Assembly (NCBI GenBank): GCA_036844485.1 | Contig: DAIUFS010000001.1 | Location: 18,068 to 82,067 of the forward strand | Reading direction: 5' to 3' | DNA length: 64,000 nucleotides | Source of the DNA: Candidatus Dormiibacterota bacterium | GTDB lineage: Bacteria > Chloroflexota > Dormibacteria > Aeolococcales > Aeolococcaceae | Shown here: in pieces, positions 19,062 to 30,879 of the stretch | How positions within the stretch are numbered: position 1 is the stretch's first letter | Layout: each line of letters begins with the position of its first letter | Notes under the pieces: generated by a model | Seen by the model: the letters and a program-made list of their open reading frames with translations, nothing else | Told to the model about the DNA's origin: nothing | The model's database searches: none | Made by a program: the position numbers and the translations under genes

Positions 19062-20049
19062 CCGCGTCCTCGGCGGCCACCGGCGGCGCCGCACCTTCGC
19101 GGAGAGAGCGGTAGACGCCCGCATAGAAATCAGGCCAGCGACCCGCGGCGCTCGGCACCCGCTCGCGCTGGTCACCGCGGACCAGCCATCCCCAGCGCTC
19201 CTCGGGTTCCGCGCCGAATCCCGGCTGATCAGGCCGGTGCCCGGCGCGGAGCTCCTCCTCCTGCGCGTCGAGGCCGTCCACCACGTAGGCGGCGCGGCTG
19301 CCCAGCACCCGCAGCCGCGGGCCGGGCGACGCCGCCAGGGCACTCGCCCAGAGGTGGGCGATGACGCCCGCCTCGTGCTGCAGTGCCACGAAGACGTCAT
19401 CGTCGGCCCCGCCACGGCGAGACAGCACCTCCGCGTACACGCGCTCGACCGGTCCGAACAGGGTCATGGCCTGGTCGACGAGATGCGCGCCGAGGTCGAG
19501 CAGCACGCCGCCGCCCTGCTCCGGCTCCACCTCTTCGCGCCACGCCCCCGGGGAGGCAGAGGGACGCCAGCGCTCGAAGCGCGACTCGTACCGGAGCACG
19601 GTACCCAGCGCCCCTTCGGCAAGCAGCCGGCTCAGGGTGAGGTGGTCGGAGTCCCAGCGCCGGTTGAGAAATGGCACGAGCAGAACCTCGTGCTCGGCGG
19701 CATGCTCGACCAGGGCGCGCGCAGCGGCCGCGGTGGCGGCCAGCGGCTTCTCCACGACGACAGCGAGCCCGGCGTCCACCGCCGCTGAGGCCACCGCGAC
19801 GTGCGCGCCGGTGGCGGTGGCCACCACCGCCAGGTCGCACGCGTCGCGCTGCGACCACAGCTCCTCGGTTCGCGAGAGGACGAGAGCATCGGGGAAATCA
19901 CCGCGCGCGTCTGCCTGGCGCTGCGGATTGGCTGTCACGATGGCGGCAACCCGCAGTCCCGGTGTCGCCCCCAGCAGCGGGGCGTGGATCTCCCGGCCGG
20001 CGAGGCCGTATCCCACGATCGCCACGCGCACAACGTCGATGGTCTCCAC
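18982..20049 (-). CDS. Gfo/Idh/MocA-family oxidoreductase
   Basis: VRVAIVGYGLAGREIHAPLL Rossmann N-terminus plus a C-terminal dimerisation region. Confidence 0.85.
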   Translation of the reverse strand: METIDVVRVAIVGYGLAGREIHAPLLGATPGLRVAAIVTANPQRQADARGDFPDALVLSRTEELWSQRDACDLAVVATATGAHVAVASAAVDAGLAVVVEKPLAATAAAARALVEHAAEHEVLLVPFLNRRWDSDHLTLSRLLAEGALGTVLRYESRFERWRPSASPGAWREEVEPEQGGGVLLDLGAHLVDQAMTLFGPVERVYAEVLSRRGGADDDVFVALQHEAGVIAHLWASALAASPGPRLRVLGSRAAYVVDGLDAQEEELRAGHRPDQPGFGAEPEERWGWLVRGDQRERVPSAAGRWPDFYAGVYRSLREGAAPPVAAEDAVRDLEVLDAARESARQSVLVNVAAGS

Positions 20050-20072
20050 CCCCTGGCGTGATCAAGTAGCGA

Positions 20073-21446
20073 TCAGACGCGCGCGACGCTTCCTCCAGTT
20101 GCGCCGCGGCGGGAGAGGGCGTCGATGGATACCGCCGCCAGCAGGACCAAACCGGTGACGACGAACTCCCACTGCACGTCCAGGCCGAGCAGGAACATGC
20201 CGTTGTAGATGCCGCCGATGACCAGTCCGCCGAGCACGCCATGGAGGACCTTGCCGCGGCCGCCGAAGAGGCTGGTGCCACCGATGACCGCCGCGGCCAC
20301 GGCGTAGAGCACGAGCTGACCGCCGTTGACGTTGCCGGTGATGCCGCCCAGGTATGAGGCGTAGAGCAACCCTGCGAGTGCGGCGGTGCCCAAGCACAGT
20401 GCGAACGCCCAGGTGCGGACGCGGTTGAGATTGATGCCGGCCCGCCGAGCTGCCTCGGGGTTGCCGCCGATCGCGTAGACGTAGCGCCCGTACCGTGTCC
20501 GCTGGAGGAGCAAGGTCCAGGCGCCGAGAACGGCGAGGACGATGGGGATGGCCCACGGCACCCCGGCGAGGGTCCCGAAGTGCGCCCGGTTGACGTTGCA
20601 GATGGCCACCACAACGATGGAGACGATCGCGATCAGGACGATCTTGAGCACCGTGAGCCCCAGCGGCGGGGCCACGAGGCCACTGCGCCGGCGGCGGGAG
20701 TCGCGGAGCCACAGCGTCAAGGCCATGAGCCCGACAACCACTGCCATGCCGATCCAGCTGATCAGCGGATCGATCGTGCCCCACATGAGGTTGTAGAGCG
20801 TCTGCAGGTTGCTGTTCGTCCCGCTGAGGCCCAGAGACCCGGAGAAGGGGCCGAGCTGAAGCACGACGAGGAACACTCCCTCGAGGATCAGGTAGCCACC
20901 CAGGGTGACCACGAACGACGGCAGACGCAGGCGGGTGATGAGCATTCCCTGGATGGCTCCGAAGAGCCCCATGAGGAGCACAGCAGCAATAATTGCGGCC
21001 CACCACGGCCACCGTGTTGTGGCCGGCTGGACGAGCTGAACCCCGATGGCCGCGCCGACAGCGGCGCCGTAGCCGATGGAGAGGTCGATCTCGCCGAGCA
21101 ACAGGGCGAATCCCTCGGCCATGGCCAGGACCATGAACACAGCGCTCTGCTGGAACAGGTTCACGAGGTTGCCCGGCTGGAAGAAGACGTGGTCTGGGCT
21201 GATCACCTCGAAGACTATCGAGATCAGCACCAGACCGAGCAGGACAGGCAGCACCCCGCTCTCGCCGCCCTTGATCCGCACGATCCAGGCGCGGAGGTAC
21301 TCGCTCAGGGATTGGGCGACGAGCTCCGGTGGGACCTCGAGAAGGCTTGTGTCCGAGGCCTCCGTCGGGTCGACGAGCGGCTCGGCGGGTTGCTCCGTCT
21401 CGGGCTGCGGCTCGGTCGCGCGGGATTCGCTGTCAACGTGGGCCAT
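20073..21446 (-). CDS. Sugar ABC transporter permease (FrcC/XylH-like) with a ~70-aa acidic N-terminal extension
   Basis: Ten predicted TM helices with typical CUT2 permease sequence. Confidence 0.85.
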   Translation of the reverse strand: MAHVDSESRATEPQPETEQPAEPLVDPTEASDTSLLEVPPELVAQSLSEYLRAWIVRIKGGESGVLPVLLGLVLISIVFEVISPDHVFFQPGNLVNLFQQSAVFMVLAMAEGFALLLGEIDLSIGYGAAVGAAIGVQLVQPATTRWPWWAAIIAAVLLMGLFGAIQGMLITRLRLPSFVVTLGGYLILEGVFLVVLQLGPFSGSLGLSGTNSNLQTLYNLMWGTIDPLISWIGMAVVVGLMALTLWLRDSRRRRSGLVAPPLGLTVLKIVLIAIVSIVVVAICNVNRAHFGTLAGVPWAIPIVLAVLGAWTLLLQRTRYGRYVYAIGGNPEAARRAGINLNRVRTWAFALCLGTAALAGLLYASYLGGITGNVNGGQLVLYAVAAAVIGGTSLFGGRGKVLHGVLGGLVIGGIYNGMFLLGLDVQWEFVVTGLVLLAAVSIDALSRRGATGGSVARV

Positions 21447-22263
21447 GCTCGCTCCCCTCTCCAGCCGATGCGTTGGCCCCGACTGCCGTGCGGGTCACCC
21501 CTCCCGTGGTCATGTATTCGACAACGCTCTGGCGATCGAGCGCGTCGGTGCTTTCCTGCACCACCATCCGGCCCAGATACAGAACTGCGACCCGGTCGGC
21601 GACCGCGAAGATGTCGTTGAGATTGTGCGAGATCATCATGACCGCGAGGCCTCGGTCGCGAAGGCGCCCCACCAGGTCGAGGACCATCTTGGTCTGGACC
21701 ACTCCCAGGGCGGCGGTGGGCTCGTCCAGCATCACCAGCTTGGAGTTCCACATCACGGCCTTGGCCACGGCCACGGATTGGCGCTGGCCTCCGGAGAGCG
21801 AACCGACCGGCTGCCGGATCGACCGCACAGTGGTCACCCGGAGTGTGGCGAGCGTCTCGGCGGCAGCCCGCTCCATGTTGTCCTCGTCGAGGAGACGGTT
21901 GCGGAGCCGCTCCCTGCCCAGAAACATGTTCTGGACGATGTCCAGGTTGTCCGCGAGAGCCAGGTCCTGGTACACCGTCTCGATGCCGAGCCGGGCCGAG
22001 TCTCGGGGGCTGTGGATGCGGACGGGGCGGCCTTCCCAGAAGATCTGCCCGTGGTCGGGCTGGTGGATGCCGGCGATGCATTTGGTCAGCACCGACTTGC
22101 CCGCACCGTTGTCGCCGCAGAGGGCGGTGATCTTGCCGGAGTAGAGATCGAGGTCGACGTCGGTCAGCGACTGGACCGCGCCGAAGTGCTTGGAGAGACC
22201 GCGCACCTTGAGGATCGGCTCCTCAGCCTCCTGCCCGTCTACCATCACGTCCCCCACGAACAT
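21433..22263 (-). CDS. Sugar ABC transporter ATP-binding protein, single ABC domain (FrcA-like)
   Basis: GDNGAGKSVL Walker A, LSGGQRQSVAVAKA signature, and LVMLDEPTAAL Walker B. Confidence 0.85.
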   Translation of the reverse strand: MFVGDVMVDGQEAEEPILKVRGLSKHFGAVQSLTDVDLDLYSGKITALCGDNGAGKSVLTKCIAGIHQPDHGQIFWEGRPVRIHSPRDSARLGIETVYQDLALADNLDIVQNMFLGRERLRNRLLDEDNMERAAAETLATLRVTTVRSIRQPVGSLSGGQRQSVAVAKAVMWNSKLVMLDEPTAALGVVQTKMVLDLVGRLRDRGLAVMMISHNLNDIFAVADRVAVLYLGRMVVQESTDALDRQSVVEYMTTGGVTRTAVGANASAGEGSEHGPR

Positions 22264-22316
22264 GCGACGCTGACGCCGCCGCGCCCGGCGCGGCGGCGTC
22301 AATTGTCACAGCTGGA

Positions 22317-23591
22317 CTACGACGTCGGGATGTTGTTGGCGGTGCAGACGCTGGCCCCGACGGCGGCGCACAGCGCCGTCGCGTCGATGAACTTGTCCTT
22401 GATCACCGTCGATGCCATGTTGGAGGCGTCCACCCAGACCGGCGTCAGCAGGGACGCGGGCTGGGGGCTGCCGGTGACGCCCGATGGCGGGGTGGTGGTG
22501 CCGTTGAGCAGCGCGGACGGCGGAGTCGCTCCGGCGCGAAGCACGGTGGCCAGAGCCACCGCGTCCTGAGCCTCGAGGTAGACGGCCTTGTACACCGAGC
22601 CGCACTGGTACCCGTTGAGAACGTTCTCCATGCCCTGGAGGGTGGCGTCCTGACCCGTGGTCGGGATCGTCTTGGGCTTGACGCCGGCGTTCTTCAGGAC
22701 GGTGATGACGGCGTTGCCGAGGCCGTCATTGGCCTCGATCGTGGCGTTGATGCTGGGATGCGCGGTGAACTGCTGCTGGAAGATGGTGCCGCCGGTGGCG
22801 TTCACCCAGCCCGGCGCGATCTGGTCACCGACCAGCGTGTACCCCTTGCTGTTGGTGAGCGGTGGCTTCTCCGGTGTGGTGGTGTTGCCCCACACCACCG
22901 AGTTGTAGCCCTGCGCGAAGGAGACAGCGTTGGGGTCGGTGTCCTCACCCCCGTTGAGTGTGAAGACCTGTGGACTGGCGACTTTCCATGCCGCGACGCA
23001 GGTCTCGAAACCCTGGCCGATCAGCTTGCCGACCTGGACGTTGTCGAAGCTGACGTAGTAGGTGTTCGTTCCGGTGAACGTGGCGCGGTCGTAGCTGATC
23101 GCCTTGACCCCGTGGGATTGCGCGTAGGACTGGATCTGCGCGCCGACGGTGCTGTCGAGCGGGTCGAAGATCAGGATGCTGGCACCGCGGGTGATGTCCG
23201 CCTGGGCGTCGGCCAGCTCGGTGGCGTCGCTGCCCTGTGCATTGTCGATCTTGAAATCGCTCGCGCTGTACCCGGCCTGCGTGAAGGCCTTGGTCAGGTA
23301 GGGAGCGTCAAAGTTCACGTAGCGCGTTGACGACGTGGTGTCGGGGAGGATGACTCCGACGAGCCCTTTGCCCGCGCTGGTCAGGCTCTTCAACTGGCTC
23401 ATGTAAGAAAAGCTGCTGTCGAACGAGGTCACGCTCAGGCCGGACGGCACGGTCGCGCCCCCTCCGGACGACGACGACGACGGGGTGTTGCTCGACCCGC
23501 AGGCCGCCACCACTCCCACCACTCCCAGCACGGCCCCGTACCGTGCCGTGCGGTTGACACTGCTGAAACCCATGTTTGCCACTCCCAGCAC
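22317..23591 (-). CDS. Sugar ABC transporter substrate-binding lipoprotein (XylF/FrcB-like)
   Basis: Lipobox VVAACGSS and a periplasmic-binding-protein type I fold sequence. Confidence 0.8.
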   Translation of the reverse strand: MLGVANMGFSSVNRTARYGAVLGVVGVVAACGSSNTPSSSSSGGGATVPSGLSVTSFDSSFSYMSQLKSLTSAGKGLVGVILPDTTSSTRYVNFDAPYLTKAFTQAGYSASDFKIDNAQGSDATELADAQADITRGASILIFDPLDSTVGAQIQSYAQSHGVKAISYDRATFTGTNTYYVSFDNVQVGKLIGQGFETCVAAWKVASPQVFTLNGGEDTDPNAVSFAQGYNSVVWGNTTTPEKPPLTNSKGYTLVGDQIAPGWVNATGGTIFQQQFTAHPSINATIEANDGLGNAVITVLKNAGVKPKTIPTTGQDATLQGMENVLNGYQCGSVYKAVYLEAQDAVALATVLRAGATPPSALLNGTTTPPSGVTGSPQPASLLTPVWVDASNMASTVIKDKFIDATALCAAVGASVCTANNIPTS

Positions 23592-23698
23592 ATTTCAGGC
23601 GCGCAAAAATGCACCCTACCTTTTCAAGTGCGCACACAATACGATGTGGCGGGACGGTTATGCGGGTTCCTCGATCATCACATGCCGGTGCCGCCCTC

Positions 23699-24652
23699 AT
23701 GACCTGGCCGCCTGAGGCGCTGCGCGGCGCGCCCCGGATCGGCCTGGGCCTTGCCGCGCTCGGCCGCCCTGCGTACATCACCAGCGGGCGCAAGGTCGAG
23801 CTCGGACCCGATCGCGGGGTCGACTCGATGCGGCGTCGCACCCAGACGGTCCTCGACGCCGCATACCAGGCCGGGGTGCGCTACATCGACGTGGCACGCT
23901 CGTACGGTATGGCCGAGCGCTTCCTTGCCGGCTGGCTCGCCCGGCGTCGCCTCGCGCCGGCTGAGATCGCCGTGGGCTCCAAGTGGGGCTACACCTACAC
24001 CGGCGGCTGGCGCCTCGAAGCGGATCGCCACGAGGTCCAGGACCTCAGCGCCGCCGCCTTCGCGCGCCAGCTCGAGGAGACCCGCGAGCTGCTCGGCGCC
24101 CACCTCACCCTCTACCAGGTCCACTCCGCGACCCGCGAGAACGGCGTTCTGTCCTCTGAAGAGGTCCTCGCGGCGCTGCGACGAGTTCGAGAGGCCGGGC
24201 TCGCTGTGGGCGTGACCGTGACCGGCCCCGACCAGGCCGGGACCATCGACGAAGCCATCGCGCTCGACCTGTTCGACACAGTTCAGGCCACCTGGAACCT
24301 GCTGGAGCCCTCGAGCGGTGCGTCCCTGGCGCGCGCTCACGCCGCCGGGATGACGGTGATCGTCAAGGAAGCGGTCGCCAACGGTCGGCTCACCCGCGGC
24401 GGGGATCAGCCCGACCTGGTCGCCGCGGCGGCCGAGCGGGGGACGACCCCCGATGCCCTGGCGATCAGCGCCGCTCTCGCCCAGCCCTGGGCCGACATCG
24501 TGCTCAGCGGGGCGGTCAGCGCCGCCACGCTGCGCCAGAACCTGGCCGCCTCCGCCGCGCTGTGGGACGAGGATGTCGCTCTCCTCGCGGAGCGGCTCGC
24601 TGAGGCACCGGTCGTCTACTGGTCAGAGCGCTCGCGGCGGGCGTGGACCTAA
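23699..24652 (+). CDS. Aldo/keto reductase
   Basis: [21 protein letters not shown]...LYQVHSA motifs. Start at MTWPPEA. Confidence 0.75.
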   Translation: MTWPPEALRGAPRIGLGLAALGRPAYITSGRKVELGPDRGVDSMRRRTQTVLDAAYQAGVRYIDVARSYGMAERFLAGWLARRRLAPAEIAVGSKWGYTYTGGWRLEADRHEVQDLSAAAFARQLEETRELLGAHLTLYQVHSATRENGVLSSEEVLAALRRVREAGLAVGVTVTGPDQAGTIDEAIALDLFDTVQATWNLLEPSSGASLARAHAAGMTVIVKEAVANGRLTRGGDQPDLVAAAAERGTTPDALAISAALAQPWADIVLSGAVSAATLRQNLAASAALWDEDVALLAERLAEAPVVYWSERSRRAWT

Positions 24653-24686
24653 CCTAGGTCTCAGCCAGAGCAATGGAGGCGACCTG

Positions 24687-25655
<969 letters not shown>

Positions 25656-25755
25656 CTCGCTCAGCACCGGACGCCGCCCCGGCCCGTTACCGCTTCGTGT
25701 AGTAGAGCTGGACTCCGTTGATGGCGTCGCCGCCGGTGTGGATGATGTTGGCCTC

Positions 25756-27464
25756 TCAGGCGGCAGCGGCCAGGGCAGCGGCGGGCGCTTCCAGTGCAGT
25801 CGTGGGCACTCCCACGAGCGCTCCCGAAACGCGCAGACCGAGACGCCACGCGCGACCCGGCGGCAGGTCGACTGCCTGGCACCGCGCCACCGCAACCGCC
25901 ACCGGCTGGCTGTCCCACCGGCTGACCTCGAGGCGGGTCCCCACCGCGATGGCGATCGGTGACAGGACCAGCGCTCCGTCCGCGCTGATGTCCTCCGTCA
26001 CTGCCCACGGGGAGTTCCACGCCTTGCCCAGTTGCACGGGCACGGTGATCGGCGTGCGGGAAGCAACGCGGCGGTGACCGCGGGTCAGCTGAAGCTGTCC
26101 GAGACGATCAGGCGGACGGCTGAAGTCGAGGAGAAAACGGCGGGCGGTCAGGTCGATCGCCAGGCTCGACAATCTCACCGCCTCCGCGCCACTGGGCTCG
26201 TCCCACTCGAGGCCCACATGGGTGCCCGACTCGGTGCGGCGGACACGCCGCACTGTGCCGCTTGCGGCGAAGTCCACCCCGGACCAGAGCACGGCGAACG
26301 ACACGGTGTCGCCGGCGCGCACGGCGCGTGGCAGCAGCAATGCGGCGCCGCGCTCGGACAGGTCTTCGAGGACACCGATTCCCTTGATGCCGTCCACATC
26401 CAGCGGACTGGGAGCGCGGCCCGCGCCCGCGGCGCACGACGGAAGTCGACGCTGCGGATGGTCATGGCCACCGCCGCAAGGGCCAGGCCGACGATCCAGC
26501 CACTCCAGGCTGTGTTGATCCAGAACGCCACGGTATTGGTGTCGTGGCCGAGAGCCATCCGTACCAATCCGGCGATGAAGCACAGGGCCGTGTATGCGGC
26601 CACCGATGCGGCCGGCAGGACCAAGCCCAGCTCAGCCCGTCCCGCCTCGGCCTTCGGGCTGACCTTGAAGCGGAGCCGCCGTTGCGTGACCAGGGCCAGC
26701 GAACTGCGGATGTACGTGTAGAAGCCCACCATGTGATAGCGCTCGGTGGCGATGAACATCGCATAGCCACGTCCAGCCAGCTTGAAAGCAGCCATGGACA
26801 GCGTGTAGTACGCGACCACCGTGATGATGAAGGGGAGCCTGACCGCGCGGATCGGAAGCACGCCGGTGGCGACGGCGAGCGACGGCGCCAGGTACAGCAG
26901 GAGTCGCTGGTAGCCATCGAAGTAATGCAGTGCCGACGCGAAGTAGTTGATCCGCTGATGAAGGCTGAGCCCTGTGTTGGTCAGGAGCCGCTCGCGGCGG
27001 ATGAGCTGCATGGTTCCCTGCCCCCAGCGCAAGCGCTGCAGGTGGTAGGGCGTCGCTGTCTGGGCGGCCAGACCCAAGGCAAGCACCTCGTTGTGGTACG
27101 CGGATGACCATCCCCTGGCGTGGATGCGGAACGACGTATGCATGTCCTCGGTGATCGTCTCCGTGGCGAAGCCGCCGACCTCGTACAGTGCACTGCGTCG
27201 CATCACTCCGCATGAGCCGCAGAAGAACGCGGCATTCCAATGATCCTTGCCCGGCTGGAGGACCCGGTAGAACAGCTGCTGCTGATGCCAGAGGCGCTTC
27301 TGCTTCACCTTGGTCGCATGCTGGAAGGATTCAACGTTGTAGAACTCCTGCGGCGTCTGCACGAAGGCGATCGTCGGGTCGGCGAAGTAGCCGAGGGTGC
27401 GGTCGAGGAATTGGGGCAGCGCCACGCGGTCGCAGAATTGTTTGGAGCGATCAGCGCATGTCAC
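25756..27464 (-). pseudogene. N-terminally truncated, frameshifted cellulose-synthase-like GT2 with C-terminal PilZ domain (BcsA-like remnant)
   Basis: Frame A (26175..27464) carries the QRLRWGQG (QxxRW) motif and C-terminal TM helices but lacks the DxD/DDG N-terminal half. Frame B (25756..26583) continues as a PilZ-like domain. The two frames overlap between 26175 and 26583. Confidence 0.55.
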
Positions 27465-27609
27465 GCAATTGACGGTTCAGTCACGTTAGGTGACATTCCG
27501 TATGGCAGCCGCGGGCTGCGGGCTATCGCGATCCGGCAACGGCGGCCGGGGCGATCTCCAGCATCGTGGGTACCGGACGTGCCGGGACTGTCTCGATCAT
27601 GATCGCCCC

Positions 27610-28500
27610 ATGACCACTCCGCAGAGCGGCATCTTTGCCCTCGGGACCGCGTCGCACACGTACCTGCAGTTCGACCTGCGCGACCGCGGAGCCGCGCGAG
27701 AGCTGCTGACTGCCGCCGCGTCTCTGCGCGAGCCGCGCACCACGCTCGGCGGTGTCAACCTGGTCGCCGGTTTCCGTCCCGAGCTCTGGCGTGAGCTGGT
27801 GCCCGACGACGCTCCTCCAGACCTCGAGGGCTTCAACCGCGACCTGCTCGGGCCTGATGGCTATGTCATGCCGGCGTCCCAGCACGACGCGGTGCTGTGG
27901 CTCTCCGGAAGTGCCTATGAGGTCATCTTCGACACGGCGCGCGATGCCATCGCCGCCTTGAACGGAGCCGCATCGATCGCCGACGAGGCGGTGAGCTGGC
28001 CCTACCGGCGCGACCGAGATCTCACCGGGTTCATCGACGGAACCGAGAACCCGAGCCTCATGGACGCGCCTGCGATCGCCCTGATTCCCGACGGGAGTCC
28101 CGGGGCCGGTGGCACGGTGCTCCTGGTGCAGACGTGGAGCCACGACGTGACCGCCTGGGAGTCGTTGCCGGGCGCGGAGCAGGAGCGGGTGATGGGGCGC
28201 GCCAAGGAGGACAGCACCGAGCTCGAGGACAAGCCGCCCGAGTCCCATGTCGCGCGAACCGATCAGGACCGCTTCGGCAAGGTCTTCCGGCGCAACATGC
28301 CCTACGGAAACGCCACCGACCACGGCACCATGTTCGTGGGCTTCAGCGCCGAGCAGCGCCGGCTGGGGGCCATGCTCGAGAGCATGGCGGGTGTGACCGA
28401 CGGCGTCCGAGACGCGCTGACGCGCTATGCGCGTCCGCTCAGCGGCGCGTACTACTTCGTGCCCTCGACGGACAGCTTGCGCAGGTGCATCGGCCCGTAG
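27610..28500 (+). CDS. Dyp-type (dye-decolorising) peroxidase
   Basis: TGFIDGTENP, HVARTD and FRRNMPYG motifs. Confidence 0.85.
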   Translation: MTTPQSGIFALGTASHTYLQFDLRDRGAARELLTAAASLREPRTTLGGVNLVAGFRPELWRELVPDDAPPDLEGFNRDLLGPDGYVMPASQHDAVLWLSGSAYEVIFDTARDAIAALNGAASIADEAVSWPYRRDRDLTGFIDGTENPSLMDAPAIALIPDGSPGAGGTVLLVQTWSHDVTAWESLPGAEQERVMGRAKEDSTELEDKPPESHVARTDQDRFGKVFRRNMPYGNATDHGTMFVGFSAEQRRLGAMLESMAGVTDGVRDALTRYARPLSGAYYFVPSTDSLRRCIGP

Positions 28501-28565
28501 CGGGCGATACCGACGATCGCCGAGGGCGTTCGCGAGCGCACTGAGCAAGCTAAGCTGAGCCCAGC

Positions 28566-30848
28566 GTGAGGTCATGGGTTGCCCGTCTCGGACTTGTCGA
28601 CGGTATGCGACGCCGCCATCCGGCAGCCTTGCTGACATTGCGGATGTCCGGGATGGCGTGTGTGGCGGTGGCTGCGCTTCTGCCCGCGCGCGCCGGCGCC
28701 GCCGACTGGCCGACCTTCCACGGGGACAACACGCGCCAGGGCAATGACGCGGGCGATCCTGGGCTGAGCAGCGCGGTGCCAGTGTGGACCTCGATGGCGC
28801 TCGATGGCAGCCTGTACGGGCAGCCGGTGGTCGTCGGCGGCCAGGTTGTCGTGGCCACCGAGAACGACACCGTGTACGCGCTCGACGCCTCCACCGGCTC
28901 GGTTCAATGGGCCCGGCACCTGGGCACGCCCCGGACCTCCAACTTTCCCTGCGGGAACATCAACCCGCTGGGGATCACCAGCACCCCGGTGATCGACGGC
29001 GGCAATGTTTTCGCCGTTGCGGAGATTCAGGTCAGCTCGACGTCGTTCTTCTTCGAGCTGGCCAGCATCAACCTCGCCAGCGGCGTGGTCAACTGGACCC
29101 AGAACGTCGATCCTCCGGACCCGAATTGGAACGCCAACTATCAGCAGCAGCGCGGAGCGCTGCTGGCAACGGGCGGCCGGATCATCGTGGGCTTCGGAGG
29201 CCTTGCCGGTGATTGCGGAAGCTATCACGGCTACGTCGTTGGTTATCCGGAGAGCGGCGTGGGAAGCGTCTCGTGGTGGTCGTCGGCGCAGGTGGTCACG
29301 GGTGACAACGAGGGCGCTGTATGGGCGGCGGGTGGGTTGTCACAGGATGCCGCAGGGTACGTCTACGCATCGACCGGAAACAGCAGTCAGAGGACCGCAG
29401 GCGAGACCTATGACTACAGCGACGGTGTCATCAAGCTCAATCCCGGCGCACTGCAACCAGGTGCGCCGGTCGACTACTTCGCGCCGTCGACGTGGGCGCA
29501 GGACAACGCCGGCGATGTTGACCTCGGATCCACGACACCGCTCCAGCTCCCCAACGGTCGCGTCTTCATCGTCGGCAAGAGTGGCAACGGTTATCTTTTG
29601 AGCACGTCGACACTCGGCCATATCGGGGGCGCGGTCGCCCAGCACCGCGTGTGCTCGGCCACCAACGACGCGGCCTTCGGCAGCCTCGCGTACGCGAACG
29701 GTGTCGCGTACGTTGGATGCAGCGATGGGTTGGTCGCGGTAACCATCAGAGCGGACGGCGGCGACTTCGCGATCACCTGGCACAACGCAACGCAGGTTGC
29801 CGACCATCCGCCAACGGTGGCAGGCGGATTGGTGTGGGCGATCACCTCGGGCGGGGGTACCCTGGTGGCCTTCGACCCGAGTACCGGGTCCGTCGTCTCG
29901 TCGTTTCCGATTGGCAGCTCGACGCATTTCACCACGCCAACTGCGGCGAACGGGCAGCTGTACGTCACGGCGGGCAATCGCGTGTTCGCCTTCAGCGGGT
30001 GCGCTGGCAGTCCGATCAGCGGCGACTTCACGGGCGACGGCAAGGCCGACATCGCCCTGGTGAGCCGCCGAGGTGTGTGTGTCAGACCGTCCACCGGAAC
30101 GTCCTTGTCGGCTGCGCAATCGTGGTCATCGGTGCCGTTCTACGGAAACCGCGCCACGCTTGCGGCCGACGTCAATGGTGACGGCAAGACGGACCTGGTG
30201 GCAGTCAATGACAGCAGTGTCTGGGTGGAGCTGAGCACCGGCTCTTCATTCTCACCGCCCCAGGCGTGGTCGTCCGCTTTGTTCTACGGCTCGAAAGCCA
30301 CACTGGTCGCCGATCTCAACCACAGTGGCAGGTCCGATCTGGTCGCCGTCAACAGTGGCAGCACCTGGGTGATGATGAACACGGGTGCCGGCTTCTCTGC
30401 CCCGCAGGCGTGGTCATCCACGCCGTTCTTCGGGTCCCGCACGACCGTGGCGGCGGAGGTAGACGGCGACGGCAGGACAGATCTCGTCGCGGTCAATGAC
30501 GGCAGTGCCTGGATCATGAGGAGCACCGGCTCTGCATTCGCCTTCCCAGAGAGGTGGTCAGCGGGTGCGTTCTACGGGAGTCGCGGCACCGTGGCGGCCG
30601 ATGTCAACGGTGACGGAAGGGCGGACCTAATCGCCGTCAACGACAGCAGTGTATGGGTGATGACCAGCACAGGTGCGTCGTTCCTGCCTCCGCAGGCTTG
30701 GTCAGCGACCCTCTTCTACGGCAACGTCGCCACCCTCGCCGCCGACGTGACCGGGGACGGACGCGCCGACCTGGTGGCTGTCAACGACCGCAGCACGTGG
30801 GTCGAGGTGAGCATGGGCACCAGATTCGGCCTCCCCGTACCGTGGTGA
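28566..30848 (+). CDS. Secreted two-propeller protein: N-terminal PQQ-like beta-propeller and C-terminal FG-GAP/calcium-loop repeats
   Basis: Signal peptide with an AxA-type cleavage context, PQQ-like repeats (GSLYGQPVVVGGQVVVATENDTVYALDASTGSVQW...), then 5.7 tandem 48-aa repeats with a DxNGDGKxDLVAVND loop. Confidence 0.75.
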   Translation: MRSWVARLGLVDGMRRRHPAALLTLRMSGMACVAVAALLPARAGAADWPTFHGDNTRQGNDAGDPGLSSAVPVWTSMALDGSLYGQPVVVGGQVVVATENDTVYALDASTGSVQWARHLGTPRTSNFPCGNINPLGITSTPVIDGGNVFAVAEIQVSSTSFFFELASINLASGVVNWTQNVDPPDPNWNANYQQQRGALLATGGRIIVGFGGLAGDCGSYHGYVVGYPESGVGSVSWWSSAQVVTGDNEGAVWAAGGLSQDAAGYVYASTGNSSQRTAGETYDYSDGVIKLNPGALQPGAPVDYFAPSTWAQDNAGDVDLGSTTPLQLPNGRVFIVGKSGNGYLLSTSTLGHIGGAVAQHRVCSATNDAAFGSLAYANGVAYVGCSDGLVAVTIRADGGDFAITWHNATQVADHPPTVAGGLVWAITSGGGTLVAFDPSTGSVVSSFPIGSSTHFTTPTAANGQLYVTAGNRVFAFSGCAGSPISGDFTGDGKADIALVSRRGVCVRPSTGTSLSAAQSWSSVPFYGNRATLAADVNGDGKTDLVAVNDSSVWVELSTGSSFSPPQAWSSALFYGSKATLVADLNHSGRSDLVAVNSGSTWVMMNTGAGFSAPQAWSSTPFFGSRTTVAAEVDGDGRTDLVAVNDGSAWIMRSTGSAFAFPERWSAGAFYGSRGTVAADVNGDGRADLIAVNDSSVWVMTSTGASFLPPQAWSATLFYGNVATLAADVTGDGRADLVAVNDRSTWVEVSMGTRFGLPVPW
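30018..30845 (+). repeat. Tandem 144-bp (48-aa) coding repeats, 5.7 copies, FG-GAP-like
   Basis: Seen in sequence: ADVNGDGKTDLVAVNDSSVWVELSTGSSFSPPQAWSSALFYGSKATLV recurs with ~70% amino-acid identity between copies. Confidence 0.7.
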
Positions 30849-30879
30849 AGGTGCCCGCGCCATCGGTGCGGCTGCTGCC

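Noticed and set aside
26175-27464. Intact, shorter glycosyltransferase starting at MTCADRSKQ
   Set aside because: The ORF begins in the middle of the conserved GT2 catalytic region. The DxD and DDG motifs would lie upstream, where no coding frame exists, and the downstream PilZ region is out of frame. So it was called a pseudogene remnant.
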